Positions 45,219-55,554 of a DNA stretch of 64,000 nt are shown here, in pieces. The notes under the pieces were generated by a model, which saw nothing but the letters and a program-made list of their open reading frames with translations, was not told the DNA's origin and made no database searches. Position numbers and translations under genes: made by a program. The DNA lies in IMG/VR virus record IMGVR_UViG_2595698621_000001, positions 39,258 through 103,257 of that record; one strand, given 5' to 3'. This DNA comes from a virus (taxonomy: Duplodnaviria; Caudoviricetes). Positions within the stretch are counted from its first letter, which is position 1, and each line of letters opens with the position of its first letter.

Positions 45219-47081
45219 ATGGCACTCGACGTAGGACTCAAAGCGATTCTCGAGCCGGAGTTTGACGACAACAAGATGGACAAAGAGGTCGCTGACCTCG
45301 AGGACCGTCTTCAGTCGCTCGAAGGTGTAGATATAGATATCGACACCAATCGTATGCGCAGCATCGGTCAACAGGCAGAACAAGAGATGGCTGCGGGTAT
45401 GGACGGTGGCGTTATCGGAGATGCCGTCGCCGGTAAGCTCACAGACAAACTCGGTGATAGAGTTGGTCCTGCGGTTGCGGGACGTCTCGGTATCGGTTCT
45501 GCTGCGGGCGGCGGTGGTGCCGCTGCTGCTGGTGGTTCGGGAGGTGCAGGCGCGGCAGCGGCAGGAGGTCTCGGCGCCGCGGGTCTCGCTACGGGAGGCG
45601 CACTCCTCGGTGTCGCACTGGGCGGCGCTGTGAGTATCGGGCTGCTGAAGGGGATTCAGGAGATGGCGTCGTGGGCGCCGAAAGGGCGAAAGATGGCCGA
45701 TATGTTCGGGACGGCGATGGACCTGTTCTTCCGTCCGTTCGGTTCGGTCATCGGCGACGCGCTGATGCCCTACGCGGAAGGCGCACTCAAAACGATGTCT
45801 GAGTTCAATCGCCTGTTCCGTGAAGAAGGACTCGCCGTCGCTATCACGTATATGGCGGGCAGTATCCTCGATGCTATTACTTCGCCCGCTGGTGGTGGTG
45901 CGGTTATCGGCGGGCTCGCTGGTGCTGCTGGTGGTGCATATGCTGGTATGAAAGCGGGAGGTGTTATCGGCGCCGCTGCTGGGTCTGTGATTCCCGGTGC
46001 TGGTACTGCCGCAGGCGGAGCAATCGGTGCAGGACTCGGTGCAGGACTCGGTGGCGTAATGGGTCTCGTCGGCGGGATGGGCGGAGGCGCTCTCATCGGT
46101 GACGCGCTCGGAGACGTTGATTGGGGCGCTGCCCTCAATCCGGTCAACTGGGCCAACTTCCTCACTCAGGTCGTCTGGGACGATTGGATTGTCAATCTCC
46201 TGTGGGACACGTTTATGGTCGACCTGCTGTGGGATAGTTTCATCGTCGGTCTGCTGTGGGACACCTTCATCGTTGACCTGCTCTGGGACACGTTTATGGT
46301 CGACTTGGTGTGGGGCACGTTCGTTGCTGCTCTCAATTGGAAGAACTGGGTGAAGGCACTCGAGTGGGCAGCGGGAGGTTTCGTCACTGCTCTAAGTTGG
46401 GGTGCGCATATCGTCGGCCTCGCGTGGGGCGTCTTCGTCGAAGACATCATCTGGAACGCTTTCATCAAGAACATTATCTGGGAAGCGTTCATCAAAGATA
46501 TCATCTGGGGAGCGTTCATCGAGGATATTCTCTGGAACGCTTTCATCAACGATATGCTGTGGGGTACGTTTATTGATGTACTGGAATGGGGTGCGGGTTG
46601 GGTTAATGAGATAAACTGGGGAGATTGGATTCCTGAAGTTAACTGGGGTGACTTCCTCGACCCGGCAGGAGATGCTCTCAACGCCGTCAACCCGGCTGGC
46701 GAAGGCAACACTCTCACCGACTTAGACCTGGGTGACAATCCGTTTTGGTTCGGTGCGACAGGAGGGGTTGTTACTGAAGCGACTCCGTCTATAATTGGCG
46801 AGGGAGCAGAGAGTGAAGCGGTCCTACCTCTCAGCCGTCTCGAGGGAATGCTTTCCTCCGAACGTGCGTCTGGGTTCCAGCAAGGAAGCGCTGGGTCTGG
46901 CGTGTCGAATAATACGAGAGACGGAGGTGAGCTCGCTGAGATTCGTGACCGCCTCGATACGCTCATTACCGTCGTCGAGCAAATGGGTAACATCACTCTC
47001 GAGATGGAGGGGCGTCAGCTAGCAGAGGCCAATCGCTCAGCTCGTGAGGATTATGAGGACAAACGGATGGTGACTAAATAA
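45219..47081 (+). CDS. Tape measure protein
   Basis: Gly/Ala-rich hydrophobic stretches, Trp repeats, ATGGVVT...IIGEGAESEAVLPL. Confidence 0.82.
   Translation: MALDVGLKAILEPEFDDNKMDKEVADLEDRLQSLEGVDIDIDTNRMRSIGQQAEQEMAAGMDGGVIGDAVAGKLTDKLGDRVGPAVAGRLGIGSAAGGGGAAAAGGSGGAGAAAAGGLGAAGLATGGALLGVALGGAVSIGLLKGIQEMASWAPKGRKMADMFGTAMDLFFRPFGSVIGDALMPYAEGALKTMSEFNRLFREEGLAVAITYMAGSILDAITSPAGGGAVIGGLAGAAGGAYAGMKAGGVIGAAAGSVIPGAGTAAGGAIGAGLGAGLGGVMGLVGGMGGGALIGDALGDVDWGAALNPVNWANFLTQVVWDDWIVNLLWDTFMVDLLWDSFIVGLLWDTFIVDLLWDTFMVDLVWGTFVAALNWKNWVKALEWAAGGFVTALSWGAHIVGLAWGVFVEDIIWNAFIKNIIWEAFIKDIIWGAFIEDILWNAFINDMLWGTFIDVLEWGAGWVNEINWGDWIPEVNWGDFLDPAGDALNAVNPAGEGNTLTDLDLGDNPFWFGATGGVVTEATPSIIGEGAESEAVLPLSRLEGMLSSERASGFQQGSAGSGVSNNTRDGGELAEIRDRLDTLITVVEQMGNITLEMEGRQLAEANRSAREDYEDKRMVTK
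46176..46655 (+). repeat. 27-bp (9-aa) WxxFIxxLL tandem repeats in the TMP
   Basis: WDTFMVDLL/WDSFIVGLL/WNAFIKNII, roughly 17 units. Confidence 0.85.
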
Positions 47082-49174
47082 TGCCTGAACTTCAGATTCG
47101 AGTCGAGCGACCGAACGGAACGCAAGACGTCTTTGACGGGACGAGGAGTGCAGAGAAATACGAGCTCGACAAGATAGACACTGCGTCCGCGTACTGCCTA
47201 CGCTCGGACATCAATCAGGTCTCTCTCAACGAGGACGAGGACGAGGTGTATATCACCGAAGGCGGGTCTGACCTGTTCGGTGGGATACTGCGCGACGTGA
47301 AACGTGGAGGCAGTGAGGTAGAACTCATCGTCGAGTCGTTCGAGCGTCTCGCTCTCGACTCTCAGCCTACGTCGGGAGATGACAACTACGACGCGGTGAG
47401 TGACAGGACGATAGTCAGAGACGCAGTGGACGATATGGCGAACCTCTCGCGGGGGACGATTCAGGTCGTCAAGTCAAACGTCACGCTGTTGTTCTCTCAC
47501 GTCAGCCAAGCGAAGAAGGTCAGGACGGTCACTGACGTTTCCGGTGCGGAGGTTCGCTATAACGCTGACAAAACAGTTGACTACCTCCCGTCCCTCGGGT
47601 CGAACAAGACGAATATCACGCTGTCTCCGTCGAGTCAAAACGTCGTCGGCGGGTTCAAACCGAAACGAGTCGGTGGGTCCGAACGAGTCACTCATCTTCG
47701 GATGCTCGGTGAGGGCGAAGGCGAGGCTCAGATACAGGCAGAAATCGTCGCAGATTCGTATTCTCCGGGCGATAGGCAGAGGTGGGACACGTACATCAAC
47801 AAAGACATCTCTGACGAAGACACGCTCAGAGAGCAGGGGCAGACGCTGCTCGAGGAGTTGCAGAATCCTTACATCGAGATTAAGGCGACTGTGAAGTCAG
47901 TGGATGTTGAGCTCGGTGACCGATTCCAGGTGCTGTATCCCGAGGAAGAAATCGACACAGACCTTCGTGTCGTCGAGCAGACTCGTCGTGTTACGCCTGA
48001 CGGGATACTCCACGACGTAGTGCTCTCGAACAGAGCTAACTCCCGAGAGACAGAGGCTGAGAAGGAAGTGCGCGACGTGGACAGATACAATACCTCCTTC
48101 GAGGGTTCGCCTGTGACATACTCGACGAACGGAGGTCGTCAGCCCGTGTCTCCTAATCACGACTACGAGTTCTCTGTCTACTACCCGGAGGAAGTCACTC
48201 ACGAGCATCGGATGAAGCTTCAGGTGAAAGGACTCGCGTATCGAGCGTTCTCCCGAGGTGCTGCGGAAGGTGGAGGTGAACACTCGCACGAAGTCGAGAT
48301 AGATGTCCCGAGTCACACTCACGACCTGAACGTAAGCGACCACACCCACGACATTCCGATTCAGGTGACGACGCCCAGCGACGCTCCTGACGCGAACAAC
48401 GCAGCTCCCCTGGACATCGCCACATCGAGAGGCGGTACTGGTACGTTCACTCGTCAGCTCGATTACCCCGCGGTCAACGGGGACGGGACGACAGGGCTCA
48501 TTTTCCTCAACGTTAGCTACTCGGACACTAACGTCAACGATTCTTTCGGCGTTCTCCAGACAACTATCGAGAATCAGGACACCGGGACAACGATATACGA
48601 AGACTCGGTGTCTATCTCTTTCGACCCTGGTGAAAACCTACAGCTCGTTCTCACCGAGACGGGAGCAGACCTCAACGGAGACACTCTCCAGTTTTCGTTC
48701 GACGTGCGGTCGTCTGGTGACTCCGGTTCGTTCCGGTTCAGTTACGGGGCGGTTCTCATCGGCGACCACCAGCACCAACTAGACGCTATCACCACGTCCG
48801 AAGCTGACGGCGGGTTTATTGAGACGACGGAAGGCGGTGGTGGTGTTCTGGAGAGTCGAACGACGACGACAGAGTCTGGTGACCACGACCACGACCCGCT
48901 TCCTGGTATTATCGAGCAGTTTACTTTCGAGGACGCGAACGGAAACGAGTTCGTTGACCGCCTCTACCCAGAGAATGTTGACGTAGAAATTAACGGTCAG
49001 CAGTTGGGCCTGAGTATGGGTGACGGAGAGAATGAGTTCGAGCAAACAGTCGATATCTCGGGCAGGCTTCAAGAGGGCGGGTTCAACACTATCCGCCTCA
49101 CGTCCGACTCAATTGGCCATCTTCAGGCTCATCTCGACTTGGACGTGTATCGTCAGATTCGCGGTTCGGGGTGA
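47081..49174 (+). CDS. Baseplate hub/tail tip protein
   Basis: Follows the TMP; VELGDRFQV; HSH/HTH His repeats. Confidence 0.7.
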   Translation: MPELQIRVERPNGTQDVFDGTRSAEKYELDKIDTASAYCLRSDINQVSLNEDEDEVYITEGGSDLFGGILRDVKRGGSEVELIVESFERLALDSQPTSGDDNYDAVSDRTIVRDAVDDMANLSRGTIQVVKSNVTLLFSHVSQAKKVRTVTDVSGAEVRYNADKTVDYLPSLGSNKTNITLSPSSQNVVGGFKPKRVGGSERVTHLRMLGEGEGEAQIQAEIVADSYSPGDRQRWDTYINKDISDEDTLREQGQTLLEELQNPYIEIKATVKSVDVELGDRFQVLYPEEEIDTDLRVVEQTRRVTPDGILHDVVLSNRANSRETEAEKEVRDVDRYNTSFEGSPVTYSTNGGRQPVSPNHDYEFSVYYPEEVTHEHRMKLQVKGLAYRAFSRGAAEGGGEHSHEVEIDVPSHTHDLNVSDHTHDIPIQVTTPSDAPDANNAAPLDIATSRGGTGTFTRQLDYPAVNGDGTTGLIFLNVSYSDTNVNDSFGVLQTTIENQDTGTTIYEDSVSISFDPGENLQLVLTETGADLNGDTLQFSFDVRSSGDSGSFRFSYGAVLIGDHQHQLDAITTSEADGGFIETTEGGGGVLESRTTTTESGDHDHDPLPGIIEQFTFEDANGNEFVDRLYPENVDVEINGQQLGLSMGDGENEFEQTVDISGRLQEGGFNTIRLTSDSIGHLQAHLDLDVYRQIRGSG

Positions 49175-49180
49175 TAAACG

Positions 49181-50500
49181 ATGACTGAGAAAACACTTCC
49201 ACAGGACCAAGGTACAAGCTCCTCTCTTAGTCAGAGCGACGCTGACTATGCAGACGCGGCACACCTCGCGGCACTCGCGCACGGTAAGAACCACTCGGAC
49301 TACGTCGTCTCCGGATTCAACCTCAACGTGGACTTCGGGGCGAACGATGTAGTCGTATCAGACGGTCAGGCTCGTATCCTCGTCACTGACCTCAACTCGG
49401 TCAATCACGGCGATGGGACGACGACGTGGACAGAAGCGACACAGGTGGTCAGGAAAGAGGCTGAGACCGTCTCGCTTTCGTCTGGTCAGAATCACCTGTA
49501 CGTCCGGTTCCGGCAAAGCGAGGTCGATAATCCGGAGTTCGTCACAACCTCTGGGAGCGACCCGGCTGGTGAATCTCTCAAAATCGGGATTATCGACACG
49601 ACGAGCAACAGTGTTCAGCACGTAAATCGAGAGCCAGATGGTGTCTTCAGCGGGCTGACTGTCGAAGGTGTTGCAGATATAGCACAGGCGGCTATCGACA
49701 AACTCAGTCAGAGCATCGACGGCAACTCGAAAGGAATCACCAACCTCGATAATATCGAGAGCTCGTCTGCTCAGGTGTCTGACTCACCGTCTGCGCCGGA
49801 GGACGTGGCTCGTAAGGCAGACATCGACTCGAAAGCAGATACCGGAGCAGCAGGCGGACACGCGACGACGCACGAAGCTGGTGGTGACGACGAGCTCTCA
49901 GTCGACCAACTCAAAGGAGAACTCGAGGACCCGCAGCCTCCGAAGGAGCACGACAACGACGCTCACGCGGAAGATTTCATCACTGTGCAGAACGCCGAAG
50001 ACGTCCTCCAATTCGACACGCTCGGTCCTGGTCGTGCCTTCGCTATCGAGCCGGTCGACCTATCGACTGAAACGATGACTTCAGATGACGACTACGGGTT
50101 GTTCTATCATAACGGCGCTGGAGACGTTCCTCTTGCTGGAGGAGGTTCGAGGTCTGACGCTGGTTACTACAGATATCGGCACACCGACTCAGCGTTCGTC
50201 GCTGTTGGTCAGCACGCGGAATTCCTGTCTGGATTCACCGCCGAACAGTTTCTGCTCGAGAACGGCGATACAGCTTCAGGGCCTATGTTCATCGAGACGG
50301 ACAACACGAACGCCCTCCTCGCCCTCGTGGCGACAGACCCGAACGACTACCCGGAACTTCGTCTCGGGTCTACTGACAACGATGGGATGAAAATGAGATA
50401 CTACGAAGGCGACCAAGAGCTGTGGTTCGGTACGTGGGACGATTCAGGCGGGTTCAGCAAGAACGTCGGAATCGACCTGGTTAATGGAGGGTTCATCTGA
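49181..50500 (+). CDS. Tail fibre-like protein
   Basis: YVVSGFNL...GQA; PSAPEDVARKADID; HATTHEAGGDD. Confidence 0.62.
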   Translation: MTEKTLPQDQGTSSSLSQSDADYADAAHLAALAHGKNHSDYVVSGFNLNVDFGANDVVVSDGQARILVTDLNSVNHGDGTTTWTEATQVVRKEAETVSLSSGQNHLYVRFRQSEVDNPEFVTTSGSDPAGESLKIGIIDTTSNSVQHVNREPDGVFSGLTVEGVADIAQAAIDKLSQSIDGNSKGITNLDNIESSSAQVSDSPSAPEDVARKADIDSKADTGAAGGHATTHEAGGDDELSVDQLKGELEDPQPPKEHDNDAHAEDFITVQNAEDVLQFDTLGPGRAFAIEPVDLSTETMTSDDDYGLFYHNGAGDVPLAGGGSRSDAGYYRYRHTDSAFVAVGQHAEFLSGFTAEQFLLENGDTASGPMFIETDNTNALLALVATDPNDYPELRLGSTDNDGMKMRYYEGDQELWFGTWDDSGGFSKNVGIDLVNGGFI

Positions 50501-53500
50501 TGGGAGCTGCAAGTATAGAAATCGAGGTCGTTCAGATGGCGTCCAAGTTCGACATAGAGGACTCTTTTATAGTCATTCCGCAGGACGCTTGGTTGGAAGA
50601 GCTGCCCTTCTCTGTGGGCGATAAGGTCGATATAGATGGTCAGACGTTCCTCATCGACGGAACGTTTGAGGCTGAAACTGAGAAGGTTCAAGTCGGGACT
50701 GTTCCTATAATCGGGACACCGATATATGAACAGCAAGCAATCGTCAAGAATGAGGTTATGATGAACTTCGAGGGGCGTCAGAGATTCGAGCCTTTCGGCG
50801 TCTCTCCGCCCACTGGGTTCACTGCGGATATGAGCGATATTGGGACGAGCGACCTTCACATCCGCGAAGGAATTACCTCTGCCTGGCCCGAGCTTGGTGA
50901 TGACCACGCCTGTCGCGTCTCTTATGCACTCGCGGAGGCGAAGAACATCGACCGCTACGACAGGATTGAGGTCGAGACAGAAAGCGGATTGACTGAAATC
51001 TTCGGCGTCTACGATTTCTTTAATGAGCCATCGAGCGCCGGAAAGGTCGTTCGTATGGGCGGGTTGTCCCGTGATAGACTCGGGATGACTATTCGCTCTG
51101 ATGACTTGGTGCGTGTCGATAAAATCTCTGGTGACTTTCCTGTCAAAATCGAGAAAGCACAACCCGAGTGGGAAGAGGTCAGTACAGACCCATTCTCGCT
51201 TAGGCTGAGTGAGTGGTTCAGAGACAACACGCTCGACGGTGTGAAATATGACCTGGAGGACGTGGTAGAAATCAACAACGAAGGAGTCGATGGGTACTTC
51301 GGTGTTACAGAATATCACAAAGAAGAGTTCGTTCGTCCGGTTATCCGGATGTGGCTCGACGCTCGGAACCGTGCTAACGTCAACGCTGGAAACCTCGTTC
51401 TCGACCTCAGTGAAGTCGACCCTGAGGATGTACCTCTGTACGTTTGGAAAGGCGAACCTGGATGGCCTGAGGTGAGTGACGAGTACGGGTGTCGCGTCCC
51501 GCCTGAATTGGTGAACGACCCTACCTTCGAGACAAATTTCAACAAGCTCTGGATTGGTCCTGAAAGCGCCTCGACTAATTCAGACAGAGAACTGTACGGG
51601 TGGGTCCAAGAACACAACCTCGACAACACGCTGACCTCGATTAGGATGGCGCAGTTGGCGAGAGATAGAGCTGGCGTCACCTTCTTCGACCCAATCTCTT
51701 TCGACACGTTCGACGAATCTGAGCCACCTACGTTCATCGACTTCTCGATGAGTAGTTGGACTCGTGGCGTTGACGAGCACGCGCTTCGTGTCCCTGCTAA
51801 TCCAGTCGATGGGCAGAACTTCCCGACTGAAACGTTCTATAACGTCACGAGCGAGGTGACAGGTGAAACAGCGAAGTTTGGGTGCGCCTTCACCCATACG
51901 CAGGACGTGACGATGGCGACTATTCGTATGCCTGCGTCCGCTCGTGACCGGCTTGGTGGCTCGAGTATAGTGAACGAGGAGCGGTGTTTCATCGAGGAAA
52001 CAGGCGAGTGGCCTCCGACGATTATCGACAAAGGACAATCCGACTGGGACAACGGAGTCGACGAGTTCGCCGTCCGAGCGTCTCTCCCGATAATCGACCG
52101 ACTCGACCTGAAGGAGAAAGAGACGCTGTTCAACGTCTACAGTGAAGAAACAGGTGAGGAGGCGACATACGGGTACTGGGCACAGAGCGAAGTCGAGATT
52201 TACTGGCCTGTCGTTCGTATGGGTCTCTCTGGACGTGAGCGTATCGGTGCACCAACCCCCGAGTCGGAAATCAGAGTGTCGAGGTCTCGTAAAGACATCC
52301 AACCCCGCGTAGACGTCGCGCAGGGTGGTTGGGAGGATGAGATTCAAAACGCTCTCCTCTGTCGAGTATCTCCGACGTTCGCTGATAAGCGTAACATCGA
52401 GGTCGGTGACTACATCAAACTCACCGAGCCATCAACTCGTCGTAGTCGCGTGTTTCAGGTCAGCGATACAGAGACTGTCTACTACGACAGGATGGACTCT
52501 ACGGCGAGGATGGCGTATTGGGGACGTCGTCGATTCTGGGAACCTGGCAACGGCGAGACGGTTCCTGACGAGTTCGAGGTAGAGTTCGACGGGTTCGTTG
52601 ATATGGACCAGAAAGAGTACGAGTACGCAGGTCTTCGCTTCTCGCTCAGTGAGTGGGAGCTGTTCCGATATTCGGAACGACTCGTCATCCACGAAAACCT
52701 CGTCGATGACTTCGACCTCGACATAAAGAGAGACGTTGTCCCGACGACGACACCGGAGTATGGTCCTGAGGTCAACGACTCCTGGGACAACCTGTTGCTC
52801 ACGCACGCCGACTACCCAGATGACAGATGGGCGGCGTACACTGCCTATTCTCAGTATAACGACGCCTTCTCACCGAAAATCAGGTGCGGGTTCCTCGCTC
52901 GTGAGAAGCTCGCTAATCCTGCATACGACCCTGAAGAGGACGAAGTCCCGAACTCTTTGGTCGTTCGCGTTCGGACCGACGTGCCTGACCCTGAATACAC
53001 GTTCCCGGACAATATCAGTCAGAGAGAATTCCACCAAGCAGAGGCATATCACAACGAGAGAGGAGCGGGTTACATCAGGAAGAACGACAGGTATCAGCTC
53101 CTCGTAACTGCGCCTCACGCGGGTTTCGTTGAGGGCGAGACGTCTAACATAGCGAGGACTGTTGCCGACAATCTGAACGCGCCTCTTTGGATTCACGAGG
53201 GGACACGTCGTGGTGGCGGTTCGTTCCGTCGCTGGCACATTACCTCGTCAGACGTCAATAAGGGGTTCCCTCAAATGGAGAAACTTCCTCACGACTACCC
53301 GTTCGTCCTCGCTATTCACGGATTCAGTGAACCGCCAGACGGTATCATCTGCGGCGGTACAGCGAGTCTCGAACTTCGGAAGAAGCTCTGCTTCGACTAC
53401 ATCAAACCGGGAATCGGTGATACAGATATCTTCCTGCACGGGTTCAACGCAGGTCCGGATATCCCGTTCGCTGGGACACGACCGGACAACTTTATGAATC

Positions 53501-53637
53501 GGATGAGTGAGAATCGACAAGGAGGAATCCAGCTCGAGTTCCCTCGTGAAATCCGCGACGACCGACAGAAGAGACGTTGGGTCAAGGAAGCACTCACGAG
53601 GTTTTTCATCAACGAGCTCGATACTCTATACAGATGA
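50500..53637 (+). CDS. Repeat protein with a C-terminal poly-gamma-glutamate hydrolase (PghP/DUF867-like) domain
   Basis: APHAGFVE, HITS, AIHG, GG, NFMNR, GIQLE; about 8 repeats with an RMxxxxRxR core. Confidence 0.78.
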   Translation: MGAASIEIEVVQMASKFDIEDSFIVIPQDAWLEELPFSVGDKVDIDGQTFLIDGTFEAETEKVQVGTVPIIGTPIYEQQAIVKNEVMMNFEGRQRFEPFGVSPPTGFTADMSDIGTSDLHIREGITSAWPELGDDHACRVSYALAEAKNIDRYDRIEVETESGLTEIFGVYDFFNEPSSAGKVVRMGGLSRDRLGMTIRSDDLVRVDKISGDFPVKIEKAQPEWEEVSTDPFSLRLSEWFRDNTLDGVKYDLEDVVEINNEGVDGYFGVTEYHKEEFVRPVIRMWLDARNRANVNAGNLVLDLSEVDPEDVPLYVWKGEPGWPEVSDEYGCRVPPELVNDPTFETNFNKLWIGPESASTNSDRELYGWVQEHNLDNTLTSIRMAQLARDRAGVTFFDPISFDTFDESEPPTFIDFSMSSWTRGVDEHALRVPANPVDGQNFPTETFYNVTSEVTGETAKFGCAFTHTQDVTMATIRMPASARDRLGGSSIVNEERCFIEETGEWPPTIIDKGQSDWDNGVDEFAVRASLPIIDRLDLKEKETLFNVYSEETGEEATYGYWAQSEVEIYWPVVRMGLSGRERIGAPTPESEIRVSRSRKDIQPRVDVAQGGWEDEIQNALLCRVSPTFADKRNIEVGDYIKLTEPSTRRSRVFQVSDTETVYYDRMDSTARMAYWGRRRFWEPGNGETVPDEFEVEFDGFVDMDQKEYEYAGLRFSLSEWELFRYSERLVIHENLVDDFDLDIKRDVVPTTTPEYGPEVNDSWDNLLLTHADYPDDRWAAYTAYSQYNDAFSPKIRCGFLAREKLANPAYDPEEDEVPNSLVVRVRTDVPDPEYTFPDNISQREFHQAEAYHNERGAGYIRKNDRYQLLVTAPHAGFVEGETSNIARTVADNLNAPLWIHEGTRRGGGSFRRWHITSSDVNKGFPQMEKLPHDYPFVLAIHGFSEPPDGIICGGTASLELRKKLCFDYIKPGIGDTDIFLHGFNAGPDIPFAGTRPDNFMNRMSENRQGGIQLEFPREIRDDRQKRRWVKEALTRFFINELDTLYR

Positions 53638-54446
53638 CCGAAGCTCAGATGGGAACGGTGCAGGTTAGCGAGTTTCGGTTCGGTGAGGGATTCACAGTGA
53701 CACTCGAAACCTGGCAACTCAACGGTAACGACCTCGGAGAACTGATTTCTGAACAGCGAAAGTGGCAACGTCTCAAGCTTCGCGTTCGTACAAAAGACCC
53801 GACGGTTGCTCGTCAGTTGAGAGACCGTGCAGGAGAGTACGATTTGATTCCCAAATCGGACGGTACGTACAAGGCTGTTGACCGCGCAGGTGGGCTCAAC
53901 ACGTTCGACCTATTCCCACCCAGCGGTCGTTCTGACGTGCGGACGACGCAGAAGTACCTGGCAAAGAACTACGATGAGACGCTCATCGACCAGTCGGGTG
54001 AGGTGTACGAAGTCAAAGTCGACCTCGTTGCTGAAGACCCGAAACAGAAGCAACAGAACTACGGCACGCTGTCGCCAGGAAACAGCGAGTGGAAGTTCGC
54101 GTTCGACGCCGGAGACGTAACTACTCGTCGCGTCAATAAGAACATCGCTAACGTCGGACAAGGCGGTGTCGAGGGTGTGAAACTCGATATTGGTCTCGAG
54201 GCGAGCGAGGTCAAAGTCCTCGAGGAATCGCTCAGGAAGCTCAACGGCGCGACGATACGTAAAGTTCCGGACGGCGAGAACGTCGTCGAGGATGAGAGCG
54301 CTGGTCAGACAAACACGGTCGATATTACTTCGCCGCTGAACGCAGGAATCTCGTTCGAGGACGGAGAGTATGTCGTGAGTGAATACACGACTAACTGGCT
54401 CAACGAGGCGTTCTACCGAGTCACTCTGAAGGCGACGAAGAAGTAA
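53634..54446 (+). CDS. Putative tail protein with an internal duplication
   Basis: Two similar halves (PKSDG...NTFDL and VPDGE...NTVDI); last gene of the tail operon. Confidence 0.55.
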   Translation: MTEAQMGTVQVSEFRFGEGFTVTLETWQLNGNDLGELISEQRKWQRLKLRVRTKDPTVARQLRDRAGEYDLIPKSDGTYKAVDRAGGLNTFDLFPPSGRSDVRTTQKYLAKNYDETLIDQSGEVYEVKVDLVAEDPKQKQQNYGTLSPGNSEWKFAFDAGDVTTRRVNKNIANVGQGGVEGVKLDIGLEASEVKVLEESLRKLNGATIRKVPDGENVVEDESAGQTNTVDITSPLNAGISFEDGEYVVSEYTTNWLNEAFYRVTLKATKK

Positions 54447-54822
54447 TGCCGTCCTCGATATCTTCGAGCCACTCACCGAGGATTTCTCTGTTGTCCCACT
54501 CGACCTGACACCCGCACGGTTCGACGAACAGTTGACCGCCCATCTGTGTCTTCACGTCCTGAATCTCACTGAGCCTCCCGCTGTCTTTGCACACAGGACA
54601 GATAGCCGGTTCAGTGTCGTCGTCTTCCGATAGACGCTCCTCCAGGTCCTGTGTGTTGGGACGCTCACTAACCGTCTCACGCTCGGTCTCAGCGGGGTCA
54701 CAGGCGCCCGCGGCCATATACGCGAGCATCGACGCTATCCTCACTTTCGGCACGCCGTCGCTATGCGCTTCTCTGGTTGCTACGAACAGCTCCTCCATCA
54801 ATTCGTCCTCTCGCTCGGACAT
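54421..54822 (-). CDS. Zinc-binding hypothetical protein
   Basis: CPVC...PCGC. Confidence 0.65.
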   Translation of the reverse strand: MSEREDELMEELFVATREAHSDGVPKVRIASMLAYMAAGACDPAETERETVSERPNTQDLEERLSEDDDTEPAICPVCKDSGRLSEIQDVKTQMGGQLFVEPCGCQVEWDNREILGEWLEDIEDGITSSSPSE

Positions 54823-55066
54823 CGGGATGAAGCTACCCTCAATCATATGCGAGAGAACGGTCGGTAACGGTAAAACGGTTCGGCGGGATGTTTTTCAGCA
54901 GCTACGGCATACCTTCTCACGTATGGCGGGCCTAACTACCTCGACCGCCGGCGCACTGACTCAAATCGACTTCTTCAGCCTCGTGCGGCTAACATATGGT
55001 TCTCCGTCACTCCCCGACTGGTCCTTCAAGGATTGGAGATAGTTCGACCGGCGCCGACCTGTCGCC

Positions 55067-55297
55067 CTAATCCCGTCTTTTTCTTGTGCGGTGAATCACC
55101 CACAGAAGCGTCCCGTAGCGAGCGCCTGCGCCTACGAGGTACCCCATCCTCCAGTAGTGCTTCTCTTTCTCGTAGTCGTGCTCACGTCCTGCTTCAGTGA
55201 TTCCTCGGTAGAGCCCGTTGATGAAAGCGTGCCATTCTCTATAGGTCAAACTCCCGAGGACAGGCAGAGTGACCATCGTATCTTGCTCGTCTCCCAT
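55067..55297 (-). CDS. Small hypothetical protein
   Basis: LTYREWHAFINGLY...HYWRMGYLVG. Confidence 0.6.
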   Translation of the reverse strand: MGDEQDTMVTLPVLGSLTYREWHAFINGLYRGITEAGREHDYEKEKHYWRMGYLVGAGARYGTLLWVIHRTRKRRD

Positions 55298-55392
55298 ACA
55301 ACGCGGTAATTCACGTCTGGCCAAAACTTCGAGGTTACTTCCACTTCGCAGCTTGGGTTTATTCGTGGAGACGATGAACGACTTGATGAGGT

Positions 55393-55554
55393 ATGGAATC
55401 GCTAACATCCGAACCGGAGATAGACATCGTCGTCGATGAGGAGACAGGCGACTTTACGATGCTCACTGGAGAAGAGCTTCGTGAGCACCGCGGGTCTGCT
55501 TGGTTCGACGACGAGCGCGACGAACAGTTCTGGGACCAGAGGTGCGAGCAGTGA
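55393..55554 (+). CDS. FWD-motif micro-protein (orphan copy, 53 aa)
   Basis: MESLTSEPE...AWFDDERDEQFWDQRCEQ; stop overlaps the RNase H GTG. Confidence 0.65.
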   Translation: MESLTSEPEIDIVVDEETGDFTMLTGEELREHRGSAWFDDERDEQFWDQRCEQ

